The notes beneath the pieces were generated by a model. The model did no database searches and had not been told where the DNA came from. It was given only the letters and a program-made list of their open reading frames with translations. From contig JBMRGM010000039.1 of assembly GCA_052327205.1 (NCBI GenBank), positions 42,346,001 through 42,410,000 of the forward strand: DNA of 64,000 bases, given 5' to 3'. Shown piece by piece: positions 26,756 through 39,841 of this stretch. A program made the translations under genes and the position numbers. The stretch comes from Somniosus microcephalus. Its lineage: Eukaryota. Every line of letters starts with the position of its first letter. The first letter of the stretch is position 1.

Positions 26756-27459
26756 TAGAAATGTAATATTGTACTTGAAAATAAGGAAATGGCAGACTGG
26801 CTAAATAATGACATGTTATCGGTCATCACAGCAGAGGAAGTGTATAAAATACCAGAGATATAAGGGGAAATTAAAATAAAATCCAGTGGTGGAACTTTTT
26901 TGATTGGCTTAGATTCTGAGGTTAGCTCCAAAATTTACCCCGCCAAAGAACTCTAAAAAAGCTGCCGACAATTATGTAGTGGGCTCTAGAGCGTAGATTT
27001 CAATTAGTCAGATTGCACTGTGAACTTGCCGCCATTTCTAAGGGATCTGAAGTAGCGCAGGCAACAGGGAGGCAGATCAACCAGTCAGCTTGAAGAATTC
27101 TCACAAACAGCAAAGCAGGAACTAAAAAGCATGGCAGATAATTCACATTTTAGTAATTGTACAAAGAGCGAAATAAAGATTGGGATCTACACATGGGATT
27201 AAGGGAGAAGCTGAAATGTTATCAACAAACGTTAAAAAAAGTAATATTAAATATTTTAAAAATCATGCAATTTTTAAACATTTTCCTGAGGGATTGAGGA
27301 TCCACTGTTGCAAAATTTGGTTTTTTGAGAAGGAGAGGTTATTCAACAGTAATTATGAATTAGTACTCCATTAAAAACTCGGTTACTCCTGAATGAATAA
27401 GGCATAACAATTTGTTGTTTTTTACCACGGGTATAATGCATACAACAGGAAATGATACA

Positions 27460-28822
27460 CCTATTTCTAACGTCTGTCTGGAAAAGGTACTAAAATCAGT
27501 TATCATGTATTGAGTGACTGAGCATTTGGGAAAATCTGAAATAATGAGAGAGAACAGTCATGGATTTGTAACGGGTAAGTCTTGTCTAATGGAAAAAGTT
27601 AAAATTTTGAGGAGATCACTGAAATAGCAGAAAAGGGAGTGTCTATGAATTCATGTATATGGACTTCCAGGAGGCAAGTCTATGATAATCCATCAAGAGG
27701 CTCTGCGCATTAATCACAGTGAGTTGGAGACAAGCTATTGAGTTAGGTAATTAGTTAGATATGAATTGGGAGACAGAGAGTAAGAATAATGGGGTGTACT
27801 CAATTCGGAAGGATGTGACTACTGGCCTTCCCTAAGGTTCTCAACTGCCGTCTCTGCTTTTCACTCTAATTATCAATAAATTTGATAAAGGAATAGAGAG
27901 TCGTAGATACAAGTTTGCTGACGTCACTGAGTTAGGTGTCACAGTAAATAGTCTAGAAGATAGCATAAAGCTGAAAAGGGATATTAATAGATTAAGTGAG
28001 TGAGCAAAATGTCTCAGATGGAGTTCAATGTAGGCAAGGGCGATGTTATCAACTATAGGCCTAAGAAAGAAAGATCAGATTATGTTGTAAATGGTAAGAC
28101 ATCAGCAACTGTGGAGTAGCAGAGGTATTTAGGTGTACATGTACAGAAATTTCCAAAATATAGTGGAAATGGACGGAAAATAACGTTAAAAGGCTATTCT
28201 AATGTCGCCCTTTTTCTCAATGCAGCTGGCATACAAATTTGATTAAAGTTGTATAAATGCCTTGCCAGACTTGCTCTTGAGGATTGCTTTCAGATCTGGG
28301 CACCGGAGCTGAAGAAGAACAAATTGGGCTTGGAGGGGTCGCAAAACAGATTTACGATCCAGATACCGGGGCTAAAGGGACACGGAATTATGAGGGCATG
28401 TTCCGCAGACTGGTTTCTATTCCCTGGAGTAGAAAACATTAAGAGGCGATATAATTGTGGTGTTATGATGATTAAAGCAGTTGATAGGATAGATACAGAG
28501 AAACTATTTGCTCTGATGGTGGCGCCCAGAATGAGGAGGTATAACCTTAAAATTATAGCTAGATAGTTAATGGGTGATGCCAGGAGGCAGTTCCACATGC
28601 AAGGATGATGGAAACCTGGATCTCACGCCCCCAAAAATCTATTGAGGCTAGGGAAATTTAATGTTTAAAAACTGCGATTGATAATTTTATGCTAGGTCAG
28701 GATATTATAATATATGTAACTAAGGCGGATAAAAGCAATTAAGATACAGATCAGCCATGTTCTAATTTAAAGTCAGAAGGCTCAGTGAGTAAACTGGTCT
28801 AATTCTGTTCCTCTTTTCCTAC
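27460..28822 (+). mobile_element. Degraded CR1 RT and 3' UTR
   Basis: QSWICNG/GKSCL-like segment, KFADVTELG, ORF 28249-28566. Confidence 0.8.
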
Positions 28823-28854
28823 TTAATCGTCTCAGCATTGATGTGTTATGTATT

Positions 28855-29100
28855 ATCTCGGTTCACTGGCAGCAGTCTCGCCATTGAGTTTCAAGGTCTT
28901 GGGTTTAAGCTTAACTCCAGGACTCGAGACCTTAAGCTATGTTCCTGTTCATTGTTCTGAAAGTATGGACGGTACTGTGGAGCTAAATATTAAACCAAGC
29001 TCCCCCCTGCCCGTTTAGGCGTGCGTGTAAAGTCCAGCCTCCAACATTCAGCCCTCAAACAACAGCATCAGAATGAATGGACTGGTCATACCCTCAATTA
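28855..29100 (+). mobile_element. tRNA-derived SINE (SacSINE1/DeuSINE-like), degraded
   Basis: A-box/B-box-like head ggttcactggcagcagtctcgcc...gggtttaagcttaactccagga. Confidence 0.5.
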
Positions 29101-29277
29101 TCAAGGCAGCTGGCACACAAAAGTGTTTGACGTTATGACAGAGTTGTATAAATCCTGGTCAGACTTACTCTGGAGGATTACGAACTGATCTGGTCACTGG
29201 AGTTGAACAAGAACATAGCTAATCTGTTAGCGCATTTACACAGCTTCCCTCATTTGCTATAGTCCGCCATCACTCAC

Positions 29278-29568
29278 CTTCTATAGTTACTAGCACTGAC
29301 ACGCTGAGCTAGAATTTTACTCATCTTCTTTAGAGAGGGATTCCATATTAGTATTCGTACTGCTCGCCCTGGTCTGTACTGGTAACCGTGAGTATTCCAA
29401 ACTTGCCCTTAGTGAAGTTTTGATAAAAGGATAGTATTAGACTGTCTCTGCAACATATGAAGGATTTATTGCGGTATTCTCCCCTCATGGTGCAGGTAAT
29501 GGCGACAGTCTCTGCTTCCTAATGCACCCTAGCTACTTATTATAATTTAGCCAAAGCTGAACATCGAT
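29278..29568 (-). pseudogene. Ig-domain pseudo-exon, paralogous to 30249-31263
   Basis: 291 nt in frame: ...EAETVAITCTMRGEYRNKSFICCRD...GILTVTSTDQGEQYEY*YG...SVSVLVTIE G|gtgagt. Several stops; acceptor AG>AA. Confidence 0.8.
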
Positions 29569-29843
29569 TTGGGTAAATTCATGAATCTTCCACATGTGGA
29601 GATCCACTTTTGAAATGAAGGTGTGGTGCTACTCTCAGTGTAGTTCAAAGCGTGGTGATGTGCTGCGATTGAGACATTAACCCTTTATATCTACAAGTTC
29701 AGACATACAAAGGAGAAAATTGTTAATCAGGAGCACAGATGCGTAATAATACCACGCAGCTTGCAGTTACCCTGTAAGAAATTATTGCCATCATATCGTG
29801 GCTTATCGGGCCTTTCCTGCAATAGGATGAGATGAACACTCAC

Positions 29844-30191
29844 CTCCGGAGTGCAGCATTCCCACAGAACTGAGCTAAAGGGGAATCTTAACCAAACCTT
29901 CCCCACAGGAACGGGTCGGATTCGGTCGGGTTGGTAGCCCATGTTACACTCCACTCGCTTTTCTTGTCCACTGATTCGCTATCCATATTGGTCCATCTTC
30001 CAAAAGGAATTCCACTTCTTTATCTCTATTAAAGCGTTTGCTGGCAGTAGATTCACCGCGGCTGAATTCAGCACCATTGTTACAGGGATCCTGTCCAGAC
30101 TTGACCAAGCTGACTAGAATCCATTTGGTTATTCTACTTTCTCCTAATACCAAACGTTTCATTTTGTTACAGTGAAGAAAGAACGATTTTT
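29844..30191 (-). pseudogene. Possible V-type Ig pseudo-exon
   Basis: tattttcag|EKSFFLHC...TKWILV...IWIANQWTRKASG/ECNM...|gtgagt. Contains a frameshift; the upstream intron would be only 57 nt. Confidence 0.35.
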
Positions 30192-30248
30192 CTGAAAATA
30201 TAAAGAGTTCGAACAGACAAATTAACAATTTCTTGAACTGTCACTCAC

Positions 30249-31263
30249 CTGTTATAATTACAGAAATTGCCTCGCTGATGTTGGAATATAATCAAGTTAT
30301 ATTGTCCAAGGTGCAAAGAGACCTGGGTGTTCTTGTGCACCATTCGCTGAAGGTAAGCATGCAGCTGCAGCAGGCGGTTAAGAAGGCAAATGGTATGTTA
30401 GCCTTCTTAGCAAGAGGGTTCGAGTACAGGAACAAGGATCTCTTGCTACAGTTGTACAGGGCCTTGGGAGACCACACCTTGAGTATTGTGTGCAGTTTTG
30501 GTCGCCTTACCTGAGGAAGGACGTTCTTGCCATGGAAGGAGTGCAGCGGAGAATCAACAGGCTGATACCTGGGATGGCAGGAATGACGTACGAGGAGAGA
30601 TTGTGTCAATTGGGCTTACACTCACTGGAGTTTAGAAGATTGAGAGGGGATCTCATCGAAACCTATAAAATTATGTCAGGCCTGGACAGACTAGAAGCAG
30701 GAAGGATGTTTCTGATGGCCGGGGAGTCCAGAACCAGCGGTCATAGTCTAAGGATAAGGGGTAAGCCATTTAGGACTGAAATGAGGAGGGATTTCTTCAC
30801 CCATAGAGTGGTGAACCTGTGGAATTCTCTGCCACAGAGGGCGGTGGAGGCCAGTTCATTAAATATATTCAAGAAAGAGTTGGATATATTTCTTAAGGCT
30901 AAAGGGATCAAGGGATATGGGGAGAAGGCAGGGACAGGGTACTGAATTTGAATGATCAGCCATGATCTCATTGAATGATGGAGCAGGCTCGAACGGCCGA
31001 ATGACCTACTCCTGCTCCTATCTTCTATGTTTCTATGTAAAACCATTGGTACCGCATTCCTTGGTTTGCACTGCTAACCGTGAATATTCAACTGTTGCCC
31101 CTGGTGAGGATTTCATTAGAGGATAGCAGTTCACCATCTCTATAAAAGTGGAATTGTTTACCGCGATATTCTCCGGGCGTGCTGCAGGTAATGGTGAGCG
31201 TCTCTCCTTCCAAATACACCCCTGTCCGTTGATCAAGAGATGTCACTGGGGTTTTTTGCCGAT
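30249..31263 (-). pseudogene. Ig-domain exon disrupted by a CR1 insertion and stops
   Basis: ttttacccag|DRQKTPVTSLDQRTGVYLEGETLTITCSTPGEYRGKQFHFYRDG...NS*IFTVSSANQGMRYQW [CR1] LDNIT*LYSNISEAISVIIT G|gtgagt. The second Cys is replaced by Trp. Confidence 0.85.
30309..31037 (+). mobile_element. 5'-truncated CR1 inserted inside an Ig exon
   Basis: VQRDLGVLVH through the 3' UTR; tail tcttctatgtttctatg ends at 31037. Confidence 0.95.
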
Positions 31264-32229
31264 CTGGGTAAAATAGATATAGACACAATGGACCAGTGGT
31301 ATTTCTTGTACAGTGGAAGGTTGGGACCTCAATATCTATTGGGCTGTGTTGAAAGGAAGTTTCAATAAAAGGGGAACTCGTGAACTTATCGGGGAAAGCC
31401 ATCAGAAGTTTGGAAGCACTGAAATTACACTGTGGGAAGCGAGTGGAGCAAGGGAAATGTTTAAGTTGAAAATCTTATTTTTCTACATTGGCAGAGGAGC
31501 AAATCCGCTTGTGAAGAGTGAAAGCCCCTGCTAAACCAGGGACAATCGAACTGTAAATGAAGGAGAAAACGGCTGCCGGCCTCGTATACTGAGGCTGATT
31601 TCAGAGACACATTCACCAGTTGCCTGTAATGCTCAAAATCATTCAATTGTTCCATTAATTTACTGCTGTCATTCTCATTGTTCATGTTGTTCCGTGTTCA
31701 CTCAATATAAAATAGCTCTCCCATGTAGTTGGAATTGTAATGTTATTTATATTGTAGATAATATGGTGACCAGAAATGTGAGCTAACCCGCAAGTGCCTG
31801 CATTCAATCTGTTCAGCTGGAATATGAAACAAAATGGCAAGATCCATGTCTGGTCGCTCGCTTGATTAGCAAAGCTTACATTTATCCTCAAACAGCACCA
31901 GCAAAAACACATATTTTCAAACATTGATCTCATTGCTGTTTGTGGAATCTTGTGTGGGAAAGGGGGCTTTGAGCTCTTCTGTTAGATTAATTGATTGCAT
32001 CAATCTAACTAATACAATTTCAGATGGCAGTGATAAATTAACTTGTTGGCATATGAAATATCGACTGAAATTACACTCAAATGTATACGTCTATATAATC
32101 AAAAGTAGGAGAGACACAGGGGATCCGACTAATCCTATCCAGGCGAGCTTCCAGCACTGAATACAAAACAACTACTGAAATCGGTGTATATTCAACAATT
32201 TGATGGAGAGTTTCGAAGCAATGACAGAT

Positions 32230-32520
32230 GACTTGCTGTGAACCTCTCAAATGTAAGGTTCTTGTCGTGTGCTACTGCACTAGTAAGGGGGCAGGGCTAG
32301 GGGACCTGGTTGAACGGAAGAGGAAGTAGCAGAAGAGGAGGGAGCAGAGGAGGAGCAAGCCAATAAGGAGGAAGCAGAAGAGGAGGATGTGGAACAGGAG
32401 GAAGGAGAAGGAAGGATTCAACTCAGACAGCCCCATTCTGGAAGGGATATCCAGCATGCAATCATTCACCTGCCATACCAGTGACCGCAACCACAATTCC
32501 CCTTTCAACATTAATCCCCA
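32230..32520 (+). mobile_element. Harbinger/PIF transposase C-terminal remnant
   Basis: VVC..LH-like segment, acidic E-run, then GRDIQHAIIHLPYQ*; this is the usual Harbinger transposase C-terminal layout. Confidence 0.5.
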
Positions 32521-32529
32521 CACCTATCT

Positions 32530-33110
32530 TCCATTTGTTCGTTAGTATTTACTGTGCCCCCATTGAATGTCATCTGCAAACTTTGTTGTTCCGATTCTCG
32601 TGTTTACATACTTTCTGTAAACGGGGAAGATAATTGGTTCTAGCAGCGATCTCTGTGGAACACCACTTCACACCTTTCAATAATCTAATTAACTACATTT
32701 AACATCTACACATTGCTTTCCGTTTTGTAGCCAGTTGGCTATCTATTCTGCTAATTGTGCACTGACTCCACATCCACTGACCTCAGTCATGATTCTACTG
32801 TATCAACTATTTTTAACATCCATGTATATCACAGTTATCAAATGGATTAAATAATTTGGCTCAACCATGACCCCCATTTTGAATTCCCTGTTAAATATAT
32901 TTTATTACATTAACCGTTTCTAGATAATTTTTCTATATAATCTTTGAGTAAAGATTATATTATTCTCCCACCTACGACGTTGAAATAACTGGTCTATAGT
33001 TTCCTGGACGTATTCTACATCTCTTTATCAATATAGGAATACCATTACCTGTTTTTCAGTCTTCTGGCGCTATATCATTTTCTATTTTTTAATGGAAATT
33101 TCGTAATGCC
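32530..33110 (-). mobile_element. Old CR1 RT fragment
   Basis: gtcatctgcaaac (FADD on minus), gtggaacaccact (SGVPQ), actggtctatagtt (NYRPV). Confidence 0.65.
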
Positions 33111-33714
33111 ATAGCTCTGTTCTAACCAGCTTCGGTTTTTTTGTAATGGAGTACAGCGACTTAATATATTTTAAACCCAAAGCTTGCGAACAATGTAGTC
33201 CTTGTAATGTAACAAGAGACTAACATCACAAATCGATTGATCTGCTGGAGAGGATTGTTGAATTCACCCATGATTATATTTTTCTACGGCATTTACTCAT
33301 TTCAAAAAACGAGGTTACATATTTCTTCCTGGTCTACACTTCTACTATTAGGTGATCTGTAGAACAACTATTAGCATCAACCATCCCTTATTTTTCTTTA
33401 TCTCAATTCATGTGGATTCTGTTTGTATACTAATGTTAGTTAATATACTTGTTTTTACTTCGATGATGTTATCTCTAGTGAGTACAGTTACCCACCGCCC
33501 CATTTTATCATTCCCTATCTTACTAAATAATCTGCAAGAGGGAACTGGAATTTTTCCCAGGTGGAACGTCAATTGCAGAAGATTTAAATGAACCAGTGGA
33601 AGTGCAATAACAGTCAAATGTGTTAAACTGATTGGAAAAGTAGGAAGAACAACGGGGACAATTAGAACGTCGTGCAGTTCGTTGCAAATAACAGGCATGT
33701 GGACCCTTTAATTA

Positions 33715-33900
33715 ACATCAACATCATCATGAACAACTTGCTTTTATATTGCGCTTTAAAATATAAAAACATCGCAAGATGCCTCACAGACGCGTAAGAC
33801 ATATGCAAGACCAGTTTAAGAAAGAAATATTAAGAAGCATTATCATAAGCTCGATCAAAGAGATGAATTTTATGTAGAATTTTAAGCAAGGGGAGATGGC
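33715..33900 (-). mobile_element. L2 3' end fragment
   Basis: aacaacttgcttttatattgcgc matches the L2 tail at 23.6 kb. Confidence 0.55.
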
Positions 33901-34237
33901 GTGCTATGAGGAGTTGAATGTTGTGAAGGGAACAGGAGGAGGGTCTCATGGGCAAAGTGAGTGCAGGGAGGGCAGGAAGACACAAGGGAGAGATACAAAG
34001 ATTACAATTTGAAGACTAGAGCAAGGGGTCGACTAGCGGGAATTTCCTCTGGTGGACACAAATAAGGGGTAAAATCAGCAGAGGCAGCGGAATAGTTGAG
34101 AATAGTAGAGATATCGCCTGAGAGGGCAAGCTCGAGGGCTGGTCGTAAATTTGGGTAACGGATCTTATATAGAGGAAGAAATTTAGGAAGGAAAAGCGGG
34201 CCATAAAAAGAAAGAAGAGAGGAAAAGGAAAGCTTAC

Positions 34238-34536
34238 TTGGAGATAAATTCCCTGAGCACAAGTAGTCACTCAGTGCAGAGGCTGATTGATGAAAGGAGG
34301 AACATACACTGTCCTGTTGAGATACTAGAGGTTGGTTTGGAGATAAAATCACTGAGCACAAGGAGTCACTCAGTGCAGAGGCTGAGTGATGAAAGGAGGA
34401 ACATACACTGCCCTGTTGAGATACTAGAGGTTGGTTTGGAGATAAAATCACTGAGCACAAGGAGTCACTCAGTGCAGAGGCTGAGTGATGAAAGGAGGAA
34501 CATACACTATCCTGTTGCGATACTAAAGGTTGGTTT
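34238..34536. repeat. 99-bp tandem repeat, 3 copies
   Basis: ttggagataaa begins at 34238, 34337 and 34436. Confidence 0.95.
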
Positions 34537-35439
34537 GGTGGCTGGGGAAACGTCTTATTGAAAGGACAATCCAGCAGGGTGGATCAAATTGAGGTGCCTG
34601 GAGGAGGAGGAAGGAGCAGTTTAGTAGGTCTGCGACTATGTTGTGATTAATGCACCACCCGGGGATTTGGCAGGGCAGGTTTTGGAATGTGGAAGCAGCT
34701 GGGGAAGTTGCATTCAGGTCAAAACGTTGGTGTGAGCCAATTGCCCCACAAATCCAGTAGGTAAACATTATCATCCACATGGATTACATGTTGACGGCCG
34801 AACCCACATTCTGCCTGGAAATGAGGAGGGACGGTGATCCATTTACTGAAGAGTCCAAGGAGTGGTTGATGCGAGTGAGATTGAAAGGAGGCTGGTGATC
34901 TTAGGACTTACCGAGCATGCTGTGCGGGAAGGCTGGGTAAAGAGGACGCGGGGTTGTTGGTGTTGTGCCTCCTCAGTAGGCAGCGATAATACACTCGGTA
35001 ATCCCGATGGTGAATTCCCAGACAGGCACAGAAGGCAACTGGGGACTTGTTCATAGGAATTCAATTATAAGAGAGCAGAACGAGAGAACGAAGAGAGATA
35101 ATCAGTGATGTGTTGGCAGAATGGTTGTCGAGGGGAGAAGTACCCAAGAGGGAAACAGACAACAACTTGAATCGGGAAAGTGATTTGATGCTCCAACTCA
35201 TCGAGCCAATTTCTGGCTTATTCAAAATGCTCCAAAATACACATTAGATCTAAAGAAGCAGTGTGAACATTAAATAGATAATTCGCCGTGCCCACCTGGA
35301 ATGCTGCGTGAAGTGTTGTGACACTCCCCAGAGAAATGATATGGTTGAACTGTCTGCAAACAGGGCCATATCTCAACCTTCCTCCACAATGGCAGCTGCT
35401 GAGTGGCTGAACTGCATTCCTGTCACCAATGCTGCAACA

Positions 35440-35944
35440 CGATTAGTTAAAGCAATCAGCACCGTCAGTGGGGAAGCTTTGAGAAACAGTAATCAGGGCA
35501 AAAATTAACAGTCACTTGGATAGCTTTGGATTGATTAAAGAAAGCCAGCATGGACTTGTTAAAGGCAAATCGTGTTTAACCGACTTGATAGAGTTTTTTC
35601 AGGTAGTAACAGAGAGGTTTGATGAAAGTCATGGGTTTGATGTAGTGTACATATATTTCCAAAAGTCGTTGAACAAAGTGCCAGGTAATAGGTTTGCCAG
35701 CAAGGTTGAAGCCCATGTAATAAAAAGGACAATGGCAGCATGGATACGAAATTTGCCAACTGACAGTAAACAGAGAGTAAGGGTGAACAGTTGTTTTCGG
35801 ACTGGATGAAGGAATAAAGCGGTGTACCACAGGGATCGGTTCCAGGACCACTGCTTTTCTTGATATATATTAATGAATTGGATGTGGGTGTACAGGACAC
35901 AATTTCAAAATATGCAGATGATACAAAACGTGGAAGTATAGTGA
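35440..35944 (+). mobile_element. CR1 RT fragment, cut off by the ERV LTR
   Basis: SQHGLVKGKSCLT...SKYADDTK. Ends at ggaagtatagtga directly before the LTR TG. Confidence 0.85.
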
Positions 35945-36850
35945 TGTGAGTCAGTAAAGTAACCTCTCAGAGTTCTTGGACAGGACACAAATAGACAGCA
36001 GCCAGTATGTTTGAGGAATAGATCAGATTTATTAAGCTTACAGCGTAATCAATACTTAACATTAGTCGATCATCACGGATAGCTCACAGCCCTTCGTTTC
36101 TGGAACCCTTCAGACACAGGCAACGTCGTCGCAGGTCTGTTCCTTACCTTCGTAGATAATCTCTGTGTGAAACTGTTTTTTGATTATCGAGGTTTTAACC
36201 CATTCCTTAACAACAGTCCATTTGGCGAGAGTCCATATATGGTCTTTAAAAAAATCACGTTTTTAATTGATTCTAATGGTCAACATACTAGCTAAGGCTA
36301 GTAACCTGGCCACTCCTTGTCCAGTGTATTTCCATTAACTCTGCTCCGCTGTCGTGTTATGTTGTTGTTTGCTTTTCACCCCATTGGAATGTACATTATC
36401 TCTTTCATTTCTAGCTTTAAGCAGTACAAAGCATTTCTATACGCCAAGGGCCCAGCACATTTCAGTACTGTTTCACTAGTCTTGATGTATCCAAACTTCC
36501 TCAAGTTAATCTACCAGATAAATACCTTAACTTCCATGCTCTCTCATTTATTGTAATTTATACTAATTAACCGTTAAATATTGTTTCAATTAGTTTGGTT
36601 AAGTAAACTCTAATTTCTACTGAGCATTATAATATGTTATTTAATGATTTGACATTCACTCGCATCCTATGGTTGCTTTTTATCAAAGCTTAGTCAAAAC
36701 TGCTTTTGAGTGTCCTGGCAGCTGCATTCTGAACAAGTCTTAGCTTTTTGGTTACCCAGGAGTAATTTTCAGCAATATTATTTGATCAATGGCTGCACTT
36801 GAAGTTATACATATATGACTCTGCTCTGCTAAATATCAGCCTTTCCTACA
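35945..36850 (-). repeat. 3' LTR of the ERV (about 906 bp)
   Basis: TG...CA ends (tgtgag...cctaca). AATAAA on minus at about 36028-36033. Colinear with 45765-46715. Confidence 0.85.
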
Positions 36851-36861
36851 GTCCCCACTTG
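36851..36861 (-). promoter_or_regulatory. Polypurine tract
   Basis: Minus strand caagtggggac directly precedes the 3' LTR TGTAGG. Confidence 0.65.
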
Positions 36862-36929
36862 GAGGATGAAATATTTTAAACATTGATTCCTCGACTACCT
36901 CCATCTACTTCCTGCCAAGCATTGCTGTA

Positions 36930-39123
36930 AGTCTAAGTTATGAATCTTCATAGCATCTCTAGAAACTGTATGGATTACACTTCACAGATAACATATCATA
37001 ATCAATACAATAAACGTTAATATCATTTGGTTGTGTAAGATTGCCATATAAATCATTCTGCACAGTGGCTGTTGTCCCACGCTATATGTGGTTTCCCATC
37101 AACTGCTACTCCCTAGGGCCATAATCTCTCTCTCGGTTCTATCATTGCTTTGTTACATCTGGACCAAGTGTATTTGTGAAGTTGAAGTTCTCTCTATAAA
37201 GGCTTTCAGATTTAGGGATAGGGGTGGAATTGGATGTCCAAAGTTAACAATCACTCTCAGGGCTTCTGCTTGCATTGAAAAGTTCACTCTTAGTTCGTTA
37301 GTATTGTGAATTATTACAGGTTGGAGGGTTCGACTGCCTATTCCGATCGTTTGTGTAGGTTTGAAGCAAAGGTAGGATAGTGTATTGGACATTCATCCTG
37401 CCCATGCTAGTATGATTTCGCACGAGTGGTGACACAATATGTGCCTATTTCTAGATAAACTTCATTTATCTGGTCTAATCCCACCTCTGCACATTCATAC
37501 TACAGAGGGGTGTGTCTGAGTCTACTGTGAACTCACAGACGGGCCGACCTCGTGCCCTAACATCGCACCTGCACATGTATGCCCCACTATACTCGGTGCA
37601 ACACCCCATTTTTGGACTGTCCCTGGTTTTATTTAGTTTAATCAGGGTGAGGGGGGCGGGGTGATGCAAAAGTCTTATGAAACCTTCCTTCTAGCATCTC
37701 TATTGATTCCACCTTAAATACTTCCCAAGATCTCATCTTGTCTACCGGCAGCAGCCACAGTATGACAGGATCGATTGGCTGACTCTCATAATCCCCATTC
37801 CTCTCACTAAATATACTAATCCCTGTTTTCTTGCCTCCATTACATAATAGTCCTCATCATAATGGAGTCACTGCCTAATCATGGAATCATTGACAAACGA
37901 GGGGACTCGGTTATGTTCTGCTTCACTTAACCCTGCCATCACTTGGTCCATCATGAAACTCCCATAAATTGAACATACCATAGCGCTTGAGATATATTGT
38001 TCTGTTTTACTAATCCCTCTTGTCGCATTGTTTAAATGATCCTGGATTTGTCTGTATACTTCTGTTTCGTCTTGTGTGGTTATCAGCAAATTATCCAATT
38101 CCTGTATGGTGACTGAATCTCCCTTATTCATGCTAGATAGAAGGCCTTTCAAATGTCTCCTCATTACCTCGTCATGTTCCAACCTAGCTTCTATATCTGC
38201 CCTGTTCAAGGCAGAGTTTCCTGCGATGACACCTACATCTAACCATTCTCCAGGCCTCTCTTTGTTCTCAAGTGGCTACTATTATGACCTGAAATGTTGA
38301 CCAGTACATAAGTCTGGTTTACATCTCACGAACCCCATCTATCTTGGGCATGGTTCCTATCTAAAAAATGCTTTACCATTTTCTTCACCAAGTGCTCAAT
38401 ATATCGGTGGTGTCCTATAGGACATAAATTTCCTGGAAAGGGAATAAATGTAAAATTAAAGATTACCGGGATAATTTCTTACCGAAAATCACTCTAAAAT
38501 TCTTTACATTTACGGGTGACAACCAATCCATTTGATGGTTCTTATGTTATTAACGTGCATCTCATATTTTTATGCTTATCGCTTTTCCTTTGTAACATTA
38601 TCTCCTCTGTTCTTCCCTGATTTCCATCTGTAGTGTTTGTCCTTCCCTGGGTCTTTCTTTGTGTTCCACATTAAAACATCCTATCATTCCCCTATGTCTT
38701 TTAAATATTTTGTGCCAATTCAGTGTATTCAAACTCTCTCCAGGATATGTGATCCCCACACTATTTGGTGTAATCTCAACCGCCTTGTCGAATCCGAACC
38801 CTGGATCTACAAACTTTCATTTTCCTAATTGAAAATTTGGGGTCACTTGAACATTATCTTTAGCACATAGACCCTACCTTTTAATCTTCCCCCCCCCCCA
38901 CCTTTGGCCTGGATATAAAGAAAGTCCCATCGGTCGTATTTTCGTTTTCACAGTAATCACAGTACACAGTCATATCTCATCCATCTCCTGAAGCCGCTCC
39001 CCATTCTAATGATGGCGTATCGCTGGTAGGCATTTTGATTCCATTCTGGATGATGATAACGTTTGAAGTCTGGTCGATACCAACACGCAACAGAAGTCCC
39101 ACTATGTGTCTGAGTCCTGCCAT
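36930..39123 (-). pseudogene. env: env, class I fusion protein, F-like, frameshifted
   Basis: MAGLRHIVGLLL start at 39123. PSNGLVV...IIPVIFNFT...CP. RTKR at 38257-38268, then GL/GEWLDVGVIAGNSALNRADIE, a long heptad region (ORF 37868-38209), a Cys-rich region CCTEYSGAYMCRC...C...C, and TM MILTFIVLIMICYL at about 36990-37030. Confidence 0.8.
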
Positions 39124-39841
39124 TGTGGCCAACCAAAGGAAAAAAGAGTGCAGTATTTATTCTTTCACAGACTTTAACTGGTTGATATGGTACCATTTAG
39201 TTACATTTGGCTTTGCCACTGTCCCTTCAGGGTGCTGAACCAGATACACAGCTGGATTCAATTTATCCACTATCGAGTAGGGCCCCTTCCATTTGGGGCC
39301 AAACGCATTTATCTTTTTCCCATAATTTAATACCATGACTTTATCACCTATCTGATATTCAAATCGTCGAACCTTCTGGTCAAAATTTTTCTTGATTTGG
39401 TTTTTAAATTTCCCTAAATTCTTTGCCACGTGTCGGTTAACTGCATCAATATACTCTACTGTGCGATCCAAATACGAGTGGTTACATGGTTGTTGCATGA
39501 TTGGGGTGGTAGCAGTCAAAGTTAGATGACCTGGAGTCCTCTTCAACCTCCCAGTCATTGCCTGGTAAGGTGATTGCACCGTGGTCCAATTTGGCGTGGA
39601 CCGAATTGACATAAAACACATGGGCAACATATTGAACCATTGAGTGGGATGTTCTGTACACAATTTTCCCAACAAGGATTTCAGTGTGCGATTCCCTCTT
39701 TCCACTATCCCGGATGATTGGGGATGATGAGCTACATGTAGCTTATGTTTAATTCCCATAATTTCCTGTAATTTTGAACAAACTTCGCCAGTGAAGTGGG
39801 TGCCCTTATCACTATCAACTTGAAGTGGCAGTCCCCACCTA

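Noticed and set aside
33352-33698. Hydrophobic ORFs as TM exons
   Set aside because: AT-rich sequence with no recognisable motif or supporting exon context.
34100-34140. LALSGDIS as a 2A-like peptide of an L2/CR1 LINE
   Set aside because: The required NPGP is absent.
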